Shown here one piece after another: positions 9,932 through 20,145 of a stretch of 64,000 nt of DNA. The notes under the pieces are model-generated. The model searched no databases. It saw nothing but the letters and a program-made list of their open reading frames with translations, and was not told the origin of the DNA. The DNA lies in IMG/VR virus record IMGVR_UViG_3300045974_000399, positions 17,908 through 81,907 of that record; one strand, given 5' to 3'. The DNA is from a virus. Within the stretch, counting starts at the first letter, position 1. The number at the start of each line of letters is the position of its first letter. A program made the position numbers and the translations under genes.

Positions 9932-10591
9932 TTAGGAAGAGACTTTTATTCCACCCTTTATCAAGGTGTCAATGTCTTCAACGGTTATAATATAGAAGCT
10001 GCGTACTTGCAAGTCTACTTTAGCTGATATGGGATTGCCTTTACGGTCAAATATAGAATCATATGACTGGCTTATGCTGGTTATAACGCAGCTAGGAAGC
10101 CGAAAGAAATCTCCAAACTTTATGTCCACGCTAACCCCATTATCTGCAGTAGAGGTGGCCTGCTTCAAGGGTGAGAAGGGAGATTCAAGAGTTCCGATAG
10201 CGCTTACAGAAGGCAAAGCAATCTTCATCAACTGCTTTATTGGGTTTACTACCTCTATATCAGAGTCACTTTGCGCTTTGAAAATGAAAGGCACAGTTAA
10301 CTCTAACCCTGAAGTACCCTGCCATATCTGAGCGGTCATTACTTTTGCTTGAGTGGACTGCCCAAATATCGGGGCTAGCTTTGACACAAGCCCCGCTACC
10401 TGTCCTGCAGTTCCACCTAGCTTATTCATTTGTTCCTGGATGATACTCGCATACTGTGAAGCCCACTCTATAGTAAGATTAACCGAAAAGTTTTCAGGCA
10501 TGGGAGTTTCTATCCTGACGGTATCACCAACCCTAGGTTTAGCCGTGAGCTTTATAAGATATCGAGGATTCGTTGGATTTATTGTGCTCAC
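9932..10591 (-). CDS. Baseplate / tail tube initiator-like protein
   Basis: Directly after tape measure; VITSIS.SY....D..G.P..A.V.L tube-fold pattern. Confidence 0.55.
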   Translation of the reverse strand: MSTINPTNPRYLIKLTAKPRVGDTVRIETPMPENFSVNLTIEWASQYASIIQEQMNKLGGTAGQVAGLVSKLAPIFGQSTQAKVMTAQIWQGTSGLELTVPFIFKAQSDSDIEVVNPIKQLMKIALPSVSAIGTLESPFSPLKQATSTADNGVSVDIKFGDFFRLPSCVITSISQSYDSIFDRKGNPISAKVDLQVRSFYIITVEDIDTLIKGGIKVSS

Positions 10592-10604
10592 CGTAATCTC
10601 TCCT

Positions 10605-13600
10605 TTATACCAAACCAGCGGTAACCAGAAACAGGCCTAAATCATCTACTACGAAAGTGGCATCAGATAATGAGGGTGGTTTAGCTGGCTGAGCTAGCTG
10701 TGAGGACGCCATTGGCGGAGCACTCTTTATCTCAACACCCTTTTCAACGTCCTTATCGCCCGGATCGTGTGTTACTCTGCTTACCTTAAAAGGAGTTTCC
10801 TCCCTAGAAACAGGGAGTCCAATAGGCACCGTAGTATCATAGGCCTTGCGGGGAAAGGATGTTGCGTCATTAAGTAGCCGTGACGCAGTTATCTTTTCAG
10901 GCAACTCGGAGGCACTAACCGGTGGTCCAACAGCTTCCTGTCCCGGAGCTACAGCTACCGCTGCTTTTTCAGTAGGTTTTGTGGTAGTGGCTATACTAGA
11001 CTTATACGTGGGATAACCGATTGTTTTGGGTTCAGGCACAAGCTTTGAATACAGCTTACTTACCGTGCCAAATAAACCATTCTTAGACAATCCCTCAAGA
11101 GATAGTAAATCTAGAGTTGACTCAGGTTTTGCCTCCACAGGTTTCTGTTCAGGTGGCTTAGCACTAGCTACAGCTACCGCGGTCTTTGCCTTGAGTGGGC
11201 TAGGCCCAGATTCTGGTCTAGCCGTCTCTTTTCTTACAGATGCTGGCTTAGGTCTATCTTCAGGTGCTTCCTTATAAGATTCAGTTGAAATGGCAGCAGC
11301 AGTTTTGGGAGTAGTTCCAGGTTCTTTTGGTATTACTGGCCTTACTTCAGACTCAAGTGCTAGCCCGGATACTATCTCAGGTGCTATCGCTGTTGCCTCT
11401 AAATCTAACTTAGTCTCCGGAAGCATGACCGCAGGTTTTTCGTCTACGGCGGTCTTAACAGGCGCTCCTGCTGTAGGTAACACAGCAGCTTTAGCCTTTT
11501 CTGCTTTTGACTCAGCTGTTGGAAGTAAAGCATCTGTAAGTGGAGTATCAACCTTAGCGGCGGTTTTGTTGTCCATCGACAGACTATCTGCCAATGACTT
11601 TCTTACTTCAGCTGGAGCTTTACCCACACCCAAAAGTAGGGGTGGCTTTGTCCAAGCCGCAGGTAATACATTTTTCTTTACGCCTGTGCTTCCGCCTTTA
11701 CTCCCAGAACTTGACTCAAATATTACTATCTTTCCACTGTCATTCGATGCCACCATTGCTACGTGAGTTGGTGTAGTTGCGCTACGAGTATTACCATCAC
11801 GGTCAACGCTTGTTTTACCATTTCCAATGAATATTAAGTCTCCAGGTTGAGCATTAGCAAGCCCGATATCACCCTCAAGGAATCTATTCTCTTTCCTAGC
11901 CTTAGACATCTGGCCCATTGAACCGGCTCCTGCTTCAGCGCCCATTCTAGAGTATAGCTTACTTGTAAGCCCGGAGCAGTCAATACCGCCAGATTCACCG
12001 CTCTTAGCTCCCCACTGATATTGCAACCCGGACAAATCTGCAGCATACGCGTCAACCGGTGTAGCTACCTTACCAGCGCTACCTCGGAAGTCAACTCCAG
12101 CTAACTTGTCAAAAGCTTTACCGATGCCCCTACGAGCTTTTGTTCCGAAGCTCTCTTTTACAGGAGCACCTGCGGTAGGCTCGGGTGGATGTAAGGCATC
12201 ATAAACAGAGGCACCTCCACCCCCTGTTGCTAGATCCGCAGCCGCGTTAGCAGCCTTCTTTGTTTCACCGACAGGGTCAGCCAGAAACTTACCGATACCC
12301 CCAAACAGCGTAGCAAAAAACCCACCTTCTTTATATGCGTCCACTGTAGTAGTATTTAGAGTGTTAAGGGTCTTGGAGTCAGCTACTGCTAGTTTACGCT
12401 CTGCATTCCACCTGTCAGCCGCTTTCTTATCCTGCATGTCCTTATCTCGGGACATGCTTATTGTAGATATAGCAGCAGGCTTAGTCTCAGAAGGTATTAC
12501 CTTTGTGGTTTCGACAACCTGCTGAGCTAATGGAACCGCAGGAATATTCAGAGCTGACTTGGGTATATCAGCTGCGTAAGCCTCGCTAGGAGAAAAAGCT
12601 GAACTTATAGCTGAAGGTATCGCCGAAAGAGCCTCTACCTTTTTGTCATCTGTTTTCTCTTTTACTTCGACAGCTTCATCCAGTTTCTTTCCTTCTTTTT
12701 CTTCGGACTTGAATATCTTGTGGCTAAGGGCTTTCATTGACTTTTCGCCAACGATGCCCCCAACTATTGCGCCGATGGCTCCAGTGATAAGTGCAACAGG
12801 TCCACCTGGAGCACCAACAGCTGCGCCCAGTGTACCACCCAAAAGAGCGCCACCCATTGCCCCTCCACCTGTTGCTACGGCTCGGGCAGTTTTCACTCCT
12901 GTTGACTGATCCTTGTTTTCGTCGCTGGTATACTCTAGACCGCCTGAGACTACACCTGCAAGAGGAACCGCAATTTTCCCCAGTACTCTACCACCGGCTT
13001 TAGCTATTCCCATAGCTCCAGCTGCGCCTTCAGCTCCCTTGACCGCAGTAGCCGCACCTTCAGCAGCAACGGCAACTCCCTCCGCACCTTTTGCAGCTGT
13101 GGCGGCACCTTCAGCACCTTTGGCTAATGTAGACGCTCCTTTGGCGCCACCCTTAACCGCTCCTGCCTTCTTAGGGTTTCTCTTGAAGAAGTCATAGAGT
13201 CCACCACCTCCGGGTGACTGGAGGTCTATCGCCCTATGGATGCCCTTAAGCTCTTTTATGATTGTAGTAAGCTGATCTTCTGTTGTCTCTATGCTTTCAG
13301 CTACTAGCTCATTCTGTTCATCCTGTTTTGCTTCTCTTCTACTTTCTCCGATACCACCTGTAACTGAAGGGGTAGCTTGTGCTGAAGTAGCCTCGGCTGC
13401 AGAATGCGTGTGCTCCACGCTATCAGTTAATGCTTCAAGAACCGGCGCAGGTACCGCAGTACTAGGTAATCCCATAAGCTCAGACAACCTACGGGCCAAT
13501 GCACCGATACCTGGCATAAGGGTATTATTTCGATTTATCGTTCTTTCAAATACAGAGTCTTCTGCATTGGCAGGGATAGCGTGCGGTACTTCTTCTACAG

Positions 13601-14423
13601 GTCTTCTTTCCAACCTAGTCGGTTCAGGAATAGCAACAGCAGTTTGTTCTTCTACTGATGCTGGCTCAACTGCAACCGCAGGTGCGCTTACGGGTTCTGC
13701 TGATCTTATTATCGGGTTGGAGCTTTCTCCGTAGGTCCTACCTAAGATTGATGCCAAAAGATTTACTGCTCTTTCACCTAGTAAACCTGCTCTGCCTAAT
13801 TGATGCTCCACTGCTTCTGATCTATCTGGAGCAATTCTTTCGGTGGCAGCTAAAATACCAGTTCGACCCAAATTTCCAATACGTCTTGCCAAGGGTTCAA
13901 TGTAAGGAACTACCCTAGCCATTATGGCAGGTGTAGCATCTACTGCTACTTTCCTTACCACGTCCTCAAATAGGGTCTTTAGCAAACCTTTAGGCTGAGT
14001 ATTTTTATCAATTTTCTTAAGGGCTTCATGTATGAGAGTTAAAAGAGCCGCATTAGTTTTGAACCCCGTGCGTGTTACGTCTGCATGTTTTTTAGCATGC
14101 TCTTTCTTTTCTTTTCTCTCCTTCTTTTCTCCACTATGAACGCTTACGTTCTTTTCTTCCTTGGGTGCTTTTTCAACAGGAGCGGCTTCATCACCTTTTA
14201 AGCCCTTCTTAGGAGACTCTTCCTTTGCGTGGCTTACCGATACGTGGATAGCTATCTTACCATCCGTTCTTACGTCTTTCACAGACACCAAACGCTCAGA
14301 GGTACTCTCAGTAGACGGGGCTTCGCTACCGCCCAATCTACTGTGGAGTCTCCCTAAGCCAAGTTTGTGAACATGCTCTATATCTCTCGGTTTACTACGC
14401 CGATCTTTATCAGTTGTGGACAT
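10605..14423 (-). CDS. Tape measure-like protein with NlpC/P60 peptidoglycan hydrolase domain
   Basis: Gly/Ala-rich hydrophobic segments; YQWGA...GIDCSGL...PGDLIF...HVAM; position after chaperone. Confidence 0.8.
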   Translation of the reverse strand: MSTTDKDRRSKPRDIEHVHKLGLGRLHSRLGGSEAPSTESTSERLVSVKDVRTDGKIAIHVSVSHAKEESPKKGLKGDEAAPVEKAPKEEKNVSVHSGEKKERKEKKEHAKKHADVTRTGFKTNAALLTLIHEALKKIDKNTQPKGLLKTLFEDVVRKVAVDATPAIMARVVPYIEPLARRIGNLGRTGILAATERIAPDRSEAVEHQLGRAGLLGERAVNLLASILGRTYGESSNPIIRSAEPVSAPAVAVEPASVEEQTAVAIPEPTRLERRPVEEVPHAIPANAEDSVFERTINRNNTLMPGIGALARRLSELMGLPSTAVPAPVLEALTDSVEHTHSAAEATSAQATPSVTGGIGESRREAKQDEQNELVAESIETTEDQLTTIIKELKGIHRAIDLQSPGGGGLYDFFKRNPKKAGAVKGGAKGASTLAKGAEGAATAAKGAEGVAVAAEGAATAVKGAEGAAGAMGIAKAGGRVLGKIAVPLAGVVSGGLEYTSDENKDQSTGVKTARAVATGGGAMGGALLGGTLGAAVGAPGGPVALITGAIGAIVGGIVGEKSMKALSHKIFKSEEKEGKKLDEAVEVKEKTDDKKVEALSAIPSAISSAFSPSEAYAADIPKSALNIPAVPLAQQVVETTKVIPSETKPAAISTISMSRDKDMQDKKAADRWNAERKLAVADSKTLNTLNTTTVDAYKEGGFFATLFGGIGKFLADPVGETKKAANAAADLATGGGGASVYDALHPPEPTAGAPVKESFGTKARRGIGKAFDKLAGVDFRGSAGKVATPVDAYAADLSGLQYQWGAKSGESGGIDCSGLTSKLYSRMGAEAGAGSMGQMSKARKENRFLEGDIGLANAQPGDLIFIGNGKTSVDRDGNTRSATTPTHVAMVASNDSGKIVIFESSSGSKGGSTGVKKNVLPAAWTKPPLLLGVGKAPAEVRKSLADSLSMDNKTAAKVDTPLTDALLPTAESKAEKAKAAVLPTAGAPVKTAVDEKPAVMLPETKLDLEATAIAPEIVSGLALESEVRPVIPKEPGTTPKTAAAISTESYKEAPEDRPKPASVRKETARPESGPSPLKAKTAVAVASAKPPEQKPVEAKPESTLDLLSLEGLSKNGLFGTVSKLYSKLVPEPKTIGYPTYKSSIATTTKPTEKAAVAVAPGQEAVGPPVSASELPEKITASRLLNDATSFPRKAYDTTVPIGLPVSREETPFKVSRVTHDPGDKDVEKGVEIKSAPPMASSQLAQPAKPPSLSDATFVVDDLGLFLVTAGLV

Positions 14424-14428
14424 TAGGT

Positions 14429-14590
14429 TCACCTGGTCCTTTGTGTACTCTTTTTACGCTCAATATCTTCCACATAGGAGTCATACCAGTACAAAAGGCT
14501 TTTAACCGGAGTGAGATCATCCGTATGCCTATTACGCATTGAAGACAGAGTTATCTGAATATCGAGTATCTGCTTTTCAGTCAAGCTAGG
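14429..14590 (-). CDS. Unannotated 53-aa frame, probable +1 frameshift extension of upstream chaperone (gp51/gpT-like)
   Basis: Open frame PSLTEKQILDIQ...LLYWYDSYVEDIERKKSTQRTR* fills the gap; begins in +1 frame at CCC-TAG. Confidence 0.6.
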   Translation of the reverse strand, partial: PSLTEKQILDIQITLSSMRNRHTDDLTPVKSLLYWYDSYVEDIERKKSTQRTR

Positions 14591-15524
14591 GAAAGAAGGA
14601 AATATAATCCAGCACTAATTTCCTTCTTGAAGTCCCTCCACACTTCTGACAGGTAACATTGACGTATTCAGCAACGCCAAAATCAGTTAGCTCAGAAAGC
14701 AGCTCCTCAATTCCATCCTGAAGTGTGAAGTCAGGCTGACCTTCTAGTATATAAATCTTGTCCTTTAGTGTCTCCCCGTCTTTAATCCACTGAGCTAGTC
14801 CTACAATGTAAGCAGCTCCCTCAATGTCCATTATTTCTTCTTCTGTTAGCGTAGAGGTACCATTAAGAATCTGTTTCCTGCATTCCGAAAGCCTCTGATT
14901 AACTGACCAGACGTCCTCAAACAAACTCATCGAGGGCAAATCAATAGTTTCTGGAGCAGATATCTCATCGGGAAAAGTGTCAATGATAAGACTTGTCATA
15001 CCCAGTGTGGACAAGTTCTTGTACCCACATTCAGCTCCCTCTTCATTTGGAACAGGCTCCTCCGCACTAACTAGACCGGAGGTTAGGAATGCTGGTACAT
15101 TATCGCAGGTCCATTCAACCTTAAAGGGTTTCTTGGGATACGAATTGAGACGTAGCCAGTAAAGGCAATACTCGAAATCCTGTATCTTAAGAGAGAATAC
15201 ATCTTCAGATAGACATGCAGCTACTGCAGAAATAAGATACGTCAAGTTACCTGATTTCTTAGCCATGTATATAAGCTTGGCTTCTGAGGTACTGAATGGA
15301 CGTATCCAGAGTTGCTTGAAAGCATAGAACCGATAAGAAGTGGGTATAGGGTCTAGTAATACATACCGACCATCATTCCGAACGAATGTCTTTGGTGGAG
15401 TGGCTTTTTCAGGTTTGGGTGATTCTTTTACAGCAGGAATAGCAGCTTCCAAAACTACAAGCTGTTCTGGTTGAGTTGTGAGCTTAGTAGATTTATCGGG
15501 TGACGCAATTAGTATCTTTCGCAT
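14586..15524 (-). CDS. Baseplate hub / tail assembly chaperone (T4 gp26-like)
   Basis: IRPF...E.K, DFEY.L..LR..SY, C..CG, terminal FF; upstream of tape measure. Confidence 0.7.
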   Translation of the reverse strand: MRKILIASPDKSTKLTTQPEQLVVLEAAIPAVKESPKPEKATPPKTFVRNDGRYVLLDPIPTSYRFYAFKQLWIRPFSTSEAKLIYMAKKSGNLTYLISAVAACLSEDVFSLKIQDFEYCLYWLRLNSYPKKPFKVEWTCDNVPAFLTSGLVSAEEPVPNEEGAECGYKNLSTLGMTSLIIDTFPDEISAPETIDLPSMSLFEDVWSVNQRLSECRKQILNGTSTLTEEEIMDIEGAAYIVGLAQWIKDGETLKDKIYILEGQPDFTLQDGIEELLSELTDFGVAEYVNVTCQKCGGTSRRKLVLDYISFFP

Positions 15525-15541
15525 GTATATCCCCTTTAGGG

Positions 15542-16105
15542 TTATCGAGTAATTGGTCTCTCTATCTTGCAGGAATCAACTGATAGAGTTACCTTTAGAG
15601 ACAGTCGTTCTTCTGTAGAAGTAAGCGCCAGTGGTTCTATTTGGGTTGGCCATATCCCTGAGAGTATGGCAGTTGTAACGATGTTACCTGTTATGTCAGA
15701 CAAAAGGCTTGCCTCAAGACGTGCCTTATATACATCAGGTAACGTGTAACAACCTTCATAACCTGCTCCGCTCTCTAGGATAAGATTCTGCCATTTTAGA
15801 ACGCGATCCAGAGTGGTTCCCTGGTTATCTTCATACAGCGTTAAGACCGTTGAGTTAACGTTGTTGAATCCAGGAAAGTAAGTTTTGCTAGCTTGAATAT
15901 GAACGTCCGTTATGTCAAAGTAAGGAAAAGGCATATCTATGGACTCGACATGCGTTTTTAACCAAGCATTGTCAAACAGCGTAGAATTATACGCTGCTCC
16001 CTTACCAATTGCCAGTGATCTAACCACCCAGTGCGTAGATAAGAGCGGAGAACCTAGACTATTTACGCTGGCAATATCTGTTAACCAAAGTCCGGCTCCA
16101 GCCAT
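15542..16105 (-). CDS. Tail tube-like protein
   Basis: T.YED, W..LI, L.G.WP tube-fold (gp19/gp54-like) motifs. Confidence 0.65.
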   Translation of the reverse strand: MAGAGLWLTDIASVNSLGSPLLSTHWVVRSLAIGKGAAYNSTLFDNAWLKTHVESIDMPFPYFDITDVHIQASKTYFPGFNNVNSTVLTLYEDNQGTTLDRVLKWQNLILESGAGYEGCYTLPDVYKARLEASLLSDITGNIVTTAILSGIWPTQIEPLALTSTEERLSLKVTLSVDSCKIERPITR

Positions 16106-16127
16106 GGCTGCACTCCCTATCTGAGAA

Positions 16128-16153
16128 AAGACGGGGCAACTACGCCCCGTCTT
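16128..16153 (-). terminator. Intrinsic terminator after tail tube gene
   Basis: 10-bp stem AAGACGGGGC/GCCCCGTCTT with T-rich tail on minus strand. Confidence 0.75.
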
Positions 16154-16174
16154 CTCGGTGATTTCCCTCTGGTA

Positions 16175-16720
16175 TTAAATGCGCTCTACTTCAAAGTAGT
16201 CATACCTGAAGTTTGCGCTTACGTCCACGAAAGCCGCACTGGAGTTATCCAACGCGGTATCGGATACGTCCGTACACCAGAAGTTCTTGAACGTGATGAT
16301 CTTGACAGGTGTTGCTCCGTCAATCTCATTATACACATTCAGCAGGGCACTCATTGCCAGATAACCGCCGGGGAGCTGATTTTTTCCGCCACTGAGCTGC
16401 GTCCGGTAGTCTCGGGCCGCTTGCACCCAGCCAAGCATGGATGAGTAGATTTCGAGAGCATTGCTTTCGTTGTAGGTAATGCCCAGTGTTCCTGGGAACG
16501 TTGTCCGTCCGGCGAAGTTCAGCTTGTACCCGTGAAGCGGCAATTCCTGCGGCTCATTGGTAAGGCCAGGCATGCTGATGGTCTTGCAGCGGATCCGGAG
16601 TGCTTCTCGTGCAACCCGGTTACCGAAACCGGTAGGGATGCCTGTGAGAATCAACTCCCAGTTATCGGACATAAGAGGACTGTCGATTACTAGAGTTTCG
16701 TCAATGGTTATCCTTGCCAT
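16175..16720 (-). CDS. Major tail tube protein (T4 gp19-like)
   Basis: C...S.PG, FAGR.T.P, F.YDYF motifs; follows sheath. Confidence 0.85.
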   Translation of the reverse strand: MARITIDETLVIDSPLMSDNWELILTGIPTGFGNRVAREALRIRCKTISMPGLTNEPQELPLHGYKLNFAGRTTFPGTLGITYNESNALEIYSSMLGWVQAARDYRTQLSGGKNQLPGGYLAMSALLNVYNEIDGATPVKIITFKNFWCTDVSDTALDNSSAAFVDVSANFRYDYFEVERI

Positions 16721-16751
16721 CTCTTTCTCCTTTATGTGATATGGTCGTTCT

Positions 16752-18590
16752 TTACTTCACGACGGCGATTGTGACACCAGTTCTGGTAAGGATGAACCTG
16801 ACGTAAGCGCGCTTGAGCGGCATTCTGGGGTTCAGGTAAATGTCGATGTTGAGGTTACCTGCATCGGCATCGTCCTGCGTGTTGTTCGACTTGTCGCAGA
16901 TAATATCGTAGCTGATGAGTCCCTCTCCCAGTTTGATGGGGTCAAGCAGCGCAACCAGCCGGCCGAGAACTTCCTGCTTGAGAGCGTCTGACAACGGATC
17001 GAACACCGTATGCAGGATGGTGATCTCAGTGTAGAAAGCCAGGAATAGCATGAGGCGCCGGATGCTAATGGTTGAAAGAACGGTTTCACGGAGCTGAAGG
17101 GTAACGTCACCCCAAACAAATATCCCCAGATTCGGGATTACCCGGGTCGGATTGATCTGACTCTCAACCAGAAGATCCCGAGCTGCTTGGTCATAGGTAG
17201 CGCCTACATCCAGAATGTTGAGGTACGCACGCTTGATACCTGCCGGAGCAAACCAGGCTGCGGTGGTTCGGTCGGTTCGTGCGAAGATGGCCCCGAGATG
17301 CCCAGAAGGTGGAATCTGGATGACCGTATTATTGAAGGTGTCCTTGACCACGTACCATGGGGTATACAGAGCCCCATACGTAGAATCAGCATTACCGAGA
17401 TACGCTGCATCCGTACGATACTCGATGGGCTTGGTGGTAAGGTCGTAGCGGTCACCCTGAGCTGCACTGGAGATATCCAGAATGGCAAAAGCATCCTGAC
17501 GGTCCCGAGCCACGTTCATCATCTCTTTCTGAACTGCCGGGATGGTGTAGCCGCCGTTGATGAGGATGCTTGTTACTACACGCTCCTTACTCCGGTACAA
17601 CTGCCAACCACTGATTTTCTTGGTGGGAGTAGCAAACACATCCGTAGGGAACTCATCCACACCGTTGAGGATATCCGCCATTTCACTAGAGGTGAAACCC
17701 AAGCCAGAGTCTCCGCCTTTAAGGATGGCAAGATGCGTGTCGGTAGCGTCCTTGGAGTAGACTGCGGGCGTACCTGTCGGAGCGGGAAGCAAGTATTCCG
17801 AGGCCGCAGCATTGGCACGAACTCGTATGTACTTGGACTTACTGTTGACAACGTCTTCGATGAACTGCTGGGCACCCATACCGCTCAACTGCTGCTTGAG
17901 GCTGACAACGAAGGTCTCCAGAACTTTCGGACTGGTTGCTACGTCAGCAGCACCCACCACACTCAGACGGAAGGTGTTGGGATTCGCCGCATCAGTTTTT
18001 CCCTTGACGTCGCTGATGATAACACGATAGTCAGAGGTACTGGTACGCGGGTCAACGCCGAACACCCAGAACAGGTCGATATTGTGGGTTGTAGCGCTGA
18101 GCGTGGCATCAATGTCGGTATCGAGAGGTTTAGCGAAGAAAGTGCTGGGGTTGTAGGGGTCAACAAACTTTCCAGTTGTCCAGGATTCGAGGCCAACCGT
18201 GACAACGGTAGTGCCCTGAGCGCCCTGCTGTCCTTGAGGACCTTGCGGCCCAAGCTGGGGCAGCGAGTTAAGTTTCACTGAAAGTCCGCCAAAGCGGGCA
18301 TCCTTGTGAACACGGGTTACGAGAAGTGTGCGCATCTCGGTGAGGGCTTCAAGGGCGCAGTAAATTCCGTAATGCGACCCTGCGGCGGCAACGTTTACGT
18401 CAGGCGTACCGAACGTATCCAGCATCTGCTGGGTGCCTGTAATAGGCACAACCTGATCTACAGGCCCCTGCTTGGCAAAGATACAGATGGATCCAACTGA
18501 GGTATCGGGTGCTGTAGTTCCAGCCTTTTCCCCAGTGCGATCTTCTTCAGCAATGTAGACGCCAGCGCTTGCATGAATATTAGCTTTCAT
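16752..18590 (-). CDS. Tail sheath protein
   Basis: GVY..E.D, GP, FG.P, PPSG, WFAPAG..R, INP, VWG..TL, RRL motifs. Confidence 0.95.
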   Translation of the reverse strand: MKANIHASAGVYIAEEDRTGEKAGTTAPDTSVGSICIFAKQGPVDQVVPITGTQQMLDTFGTPDVNVAAAGSHYGIYCALEALTEMRTLLVTRVHKDARFGGLSVKLNSLPQLGPQGPQGQQGAQGTTVVTVGLESWTTGKFVDPYNPSTFFAKPLDTDIDATLSATTHNIDLFWVFGVDPRTSTSDYRVIISDVKGKTDAANPNTFRLSVVGAADVATSPKVLETFVVSLKQQLSGMGAQQFIEDVVNSKSKYIRVRANAAASEYLLPAPTGTPAVYSKDATDTHLAILKGGDSGLGFTSSEMADILNGVDEFPTDVFATPTKKISGWQLYRSKERVVTSILINGGYTIPAVQKEMMNVARDRQDAFAILDISSAAQGDRYDLTTKPIEYRTDAAYLGNADSTYGALYTPWYVVKDTFNNTVIQIPPSGHLGAIFARTDRTTAAWFAPAGIKRAYLNILDVGATYDQAARDLLVESQINPTRVIPNLGIFVWGDVTLQLRETVLSTISIRRLMLFLAFYTEITILHTVFDPLSDALKQEVLGRLVALLDPIKLGEGLISYDIICDKSNNTQDDADAGNLNIDIYLNPRMPLKRAYVRFILTRTGVTIAVVK

Positions 18591-18620
18591 ACTAAGAGAT
18601 CTCCTTTTCCTGGTTTTTTG

Positions 18621-19037
18621 TTACCGATTACGTTTGAGATATTTCTGAGGTCTGTCGTCCGCGGCTGATACATCGGCCGAGTCTTCAGATGTATCTCCGA
18701 CAGGTTCTTCTACACTGGGTTCTTCTACAAATGACCCTTCAAAGCTGGGTTCCACCTCAGATGCTTCCTCAGCTACAAACTCTGCTACTAACTGTTCCTC
18801 AGCCACAGAGTCTGTGGCTACTACTTCTGGAACTGCCTTGGAAACACTACCGTTAGCAGGATCTTGGTACACCAAACCTTCAAAGCGGAGTTCCTCTTCG
18901 GTATTAACTAGAGTAGCCTGCTCAATCAGGTCTGATTGCCCTGATGGTATACTTACCGCTTGTATACCGCCATCCGAGCTACGTACCTTTACTTCCTTGC
19001 CGATGGAACTGATGTTGTATACCCGTACAGTAACCAT
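18621..19037 (-). CDS. Hypothetical acidic virion-module protein
   Basis: AGGAGG RBS before MVTVRV; Glu-rich C-terminal half. Confidence 0.55.
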   Translation of the reverse strand: MVTVRVYNISSIGKEVKVRSSDGGIQAVSIPSGQSDLIEQATLVNTEEELRFEGLVYQDPANGSVSKAVPEVVATDSVAEEQLVAEFVAEEASEVEPSFEGSFVEEPSVEEPVGDTSEDSADVSAADDRPQKYLKRNR

Positions 19038-19059
19038 GAGCTCCTCCTTCGTGTATAAA

Positions 19060-19404
19060 TTATGTATCTGTGCTAAAATATGCACTAATGCCAGGAGTAG
19101 TGCCTGGCAGCTTGGGGAATACAGTTATCGTTCCAGGCTCACCATATAGCAAGAACAGCTCACTGCAGTCGATATCTATTGAAACCCCCGCTTTGGTCAT
19201 GCGAAGGATAACTGTGCTCGCTGGAACTATACAAATGAACCCTTTTGCAACCAACTCTACTCCCGCATCGGTAACCGTGTGGTTGGCTACCCTGAAATTA
19301 GATCCAGTTACTCTGGCCCCAACTCTGGCCTCAAGTAAATTTCGGCGCGAATCCAACTCCGTGAATAGCAAGGAAAAAATTGTGGTTATTGCCTTATCGC
19401 CCAT
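19060..19404 (-). CDS. Hypothetical protein
   Basis: ORF in neck/tail operon; GAGG RBS before MGDKA. Confidence 0.5.
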   Translation of the reverse strand: MGDKAITTIFSLLFTELDSRRNLLEARVGARVTGSNFRVANHTVTDAGVELVAKGFICIVPASTVILRMTKAGVSIDIDCSELFLLYGEPGTITVFPKLPGTTPGISAYFSTDT

Positions 19405-20140
19405 TTGCTTGTTCCTCGGTAACTCCAATCTCAGCAGCAGAGACAACTACCTCTTGACCTTTTTCGTCCCTAATGCGTATATTGGTAGTGACATTGATGG
19501 TATCAACTGATTTCGCCAGCGTGGCAAATCCTAGTTTACAGTGCATCTCAAAGGACACAGACAAATGCCCTGCTTCTGGATCCGTATCATTGCTGGTGTC
19601 AAGCATTGGATCAGGTGTACTAATAGAACCTGACTTCTTTACTATCACTTCATACTCGGTACCGAATGCCCGCAAAACAAAGTTTAACGCCCTGCCCATA
19701 TCCGCCAATAGTATACTTTGGCTTATCAAGAACAACCTTCGAGCATCATTGTCCATAACATGAAGCGTGAATTGCACCGTGCCCGGAAATACGTAGGCTA
19801 CAGTTACTGGCGAATTTCGTATCCGACTACCTCTGTCGTATATACCAGAATGTGCTATTGCCGTATTATTTCCCTGAGCTCGGTCTATATCTATGTCCGA
19901 TACAACCAGGTAGGCATAGGGGTACTTAGGGTTATTACCAGAACGTTTTTGTAGTAGCTCCTTCACGCGCTCAGTAAAAACAATGTCGATAACAGACTTT
20001 GTATCCAGGAGTCGATTAAATGCAGCGCGTACCCCATGAAAAGCCAACTCCAAGTAGGTTGTATCCTGAAGAGCTTTCAAGTTTGCATGACTATACTTGG
20101 TAAGGGTAGAGTCAAAGACAAAGGTGCAGTCAGCGTTCAT
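19394..20140 (-). CDS. Putative neck / tail-completion protein
   Basis: Between capsid and sheath genes; YPYAYL motif; call is positional. Confidence 0.45.
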   Translation of the reverse strand: MNADCTFVFDSTLTKYSHANLKALQDTTYLELAFHGVRAAFNRLLDTKSVIDIVFTERVKELLQKRSGNNPKYPYAYLVVSDIDIDRAQGNNTAIAHSGIYDRGSRIRNSPVTVAYVFPGTVQFTLHVMDNDARRLFLISQSILLADMGRALNFVLRAFGTEYEVIVKKSGSISTPDPMLDTSNDTDPEAGHLSVSFEMHCKLGFATLAKSVDTINVTTNIRIRDEKGQEVVVSAAEIGVTEEQANGR

Positions 20141-20145
20141 AGCGG

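Noticed and set aside
14577-14591. TAG readthrough or stop-codon reassignment
   Set aside because: In-frame continuation hits TGA after two codons; genes tile the window well under the standard code.
17187-18281. 364-aa plus-strand ORF
   Set aside because: Antisense to the tail sheath; no motifs.
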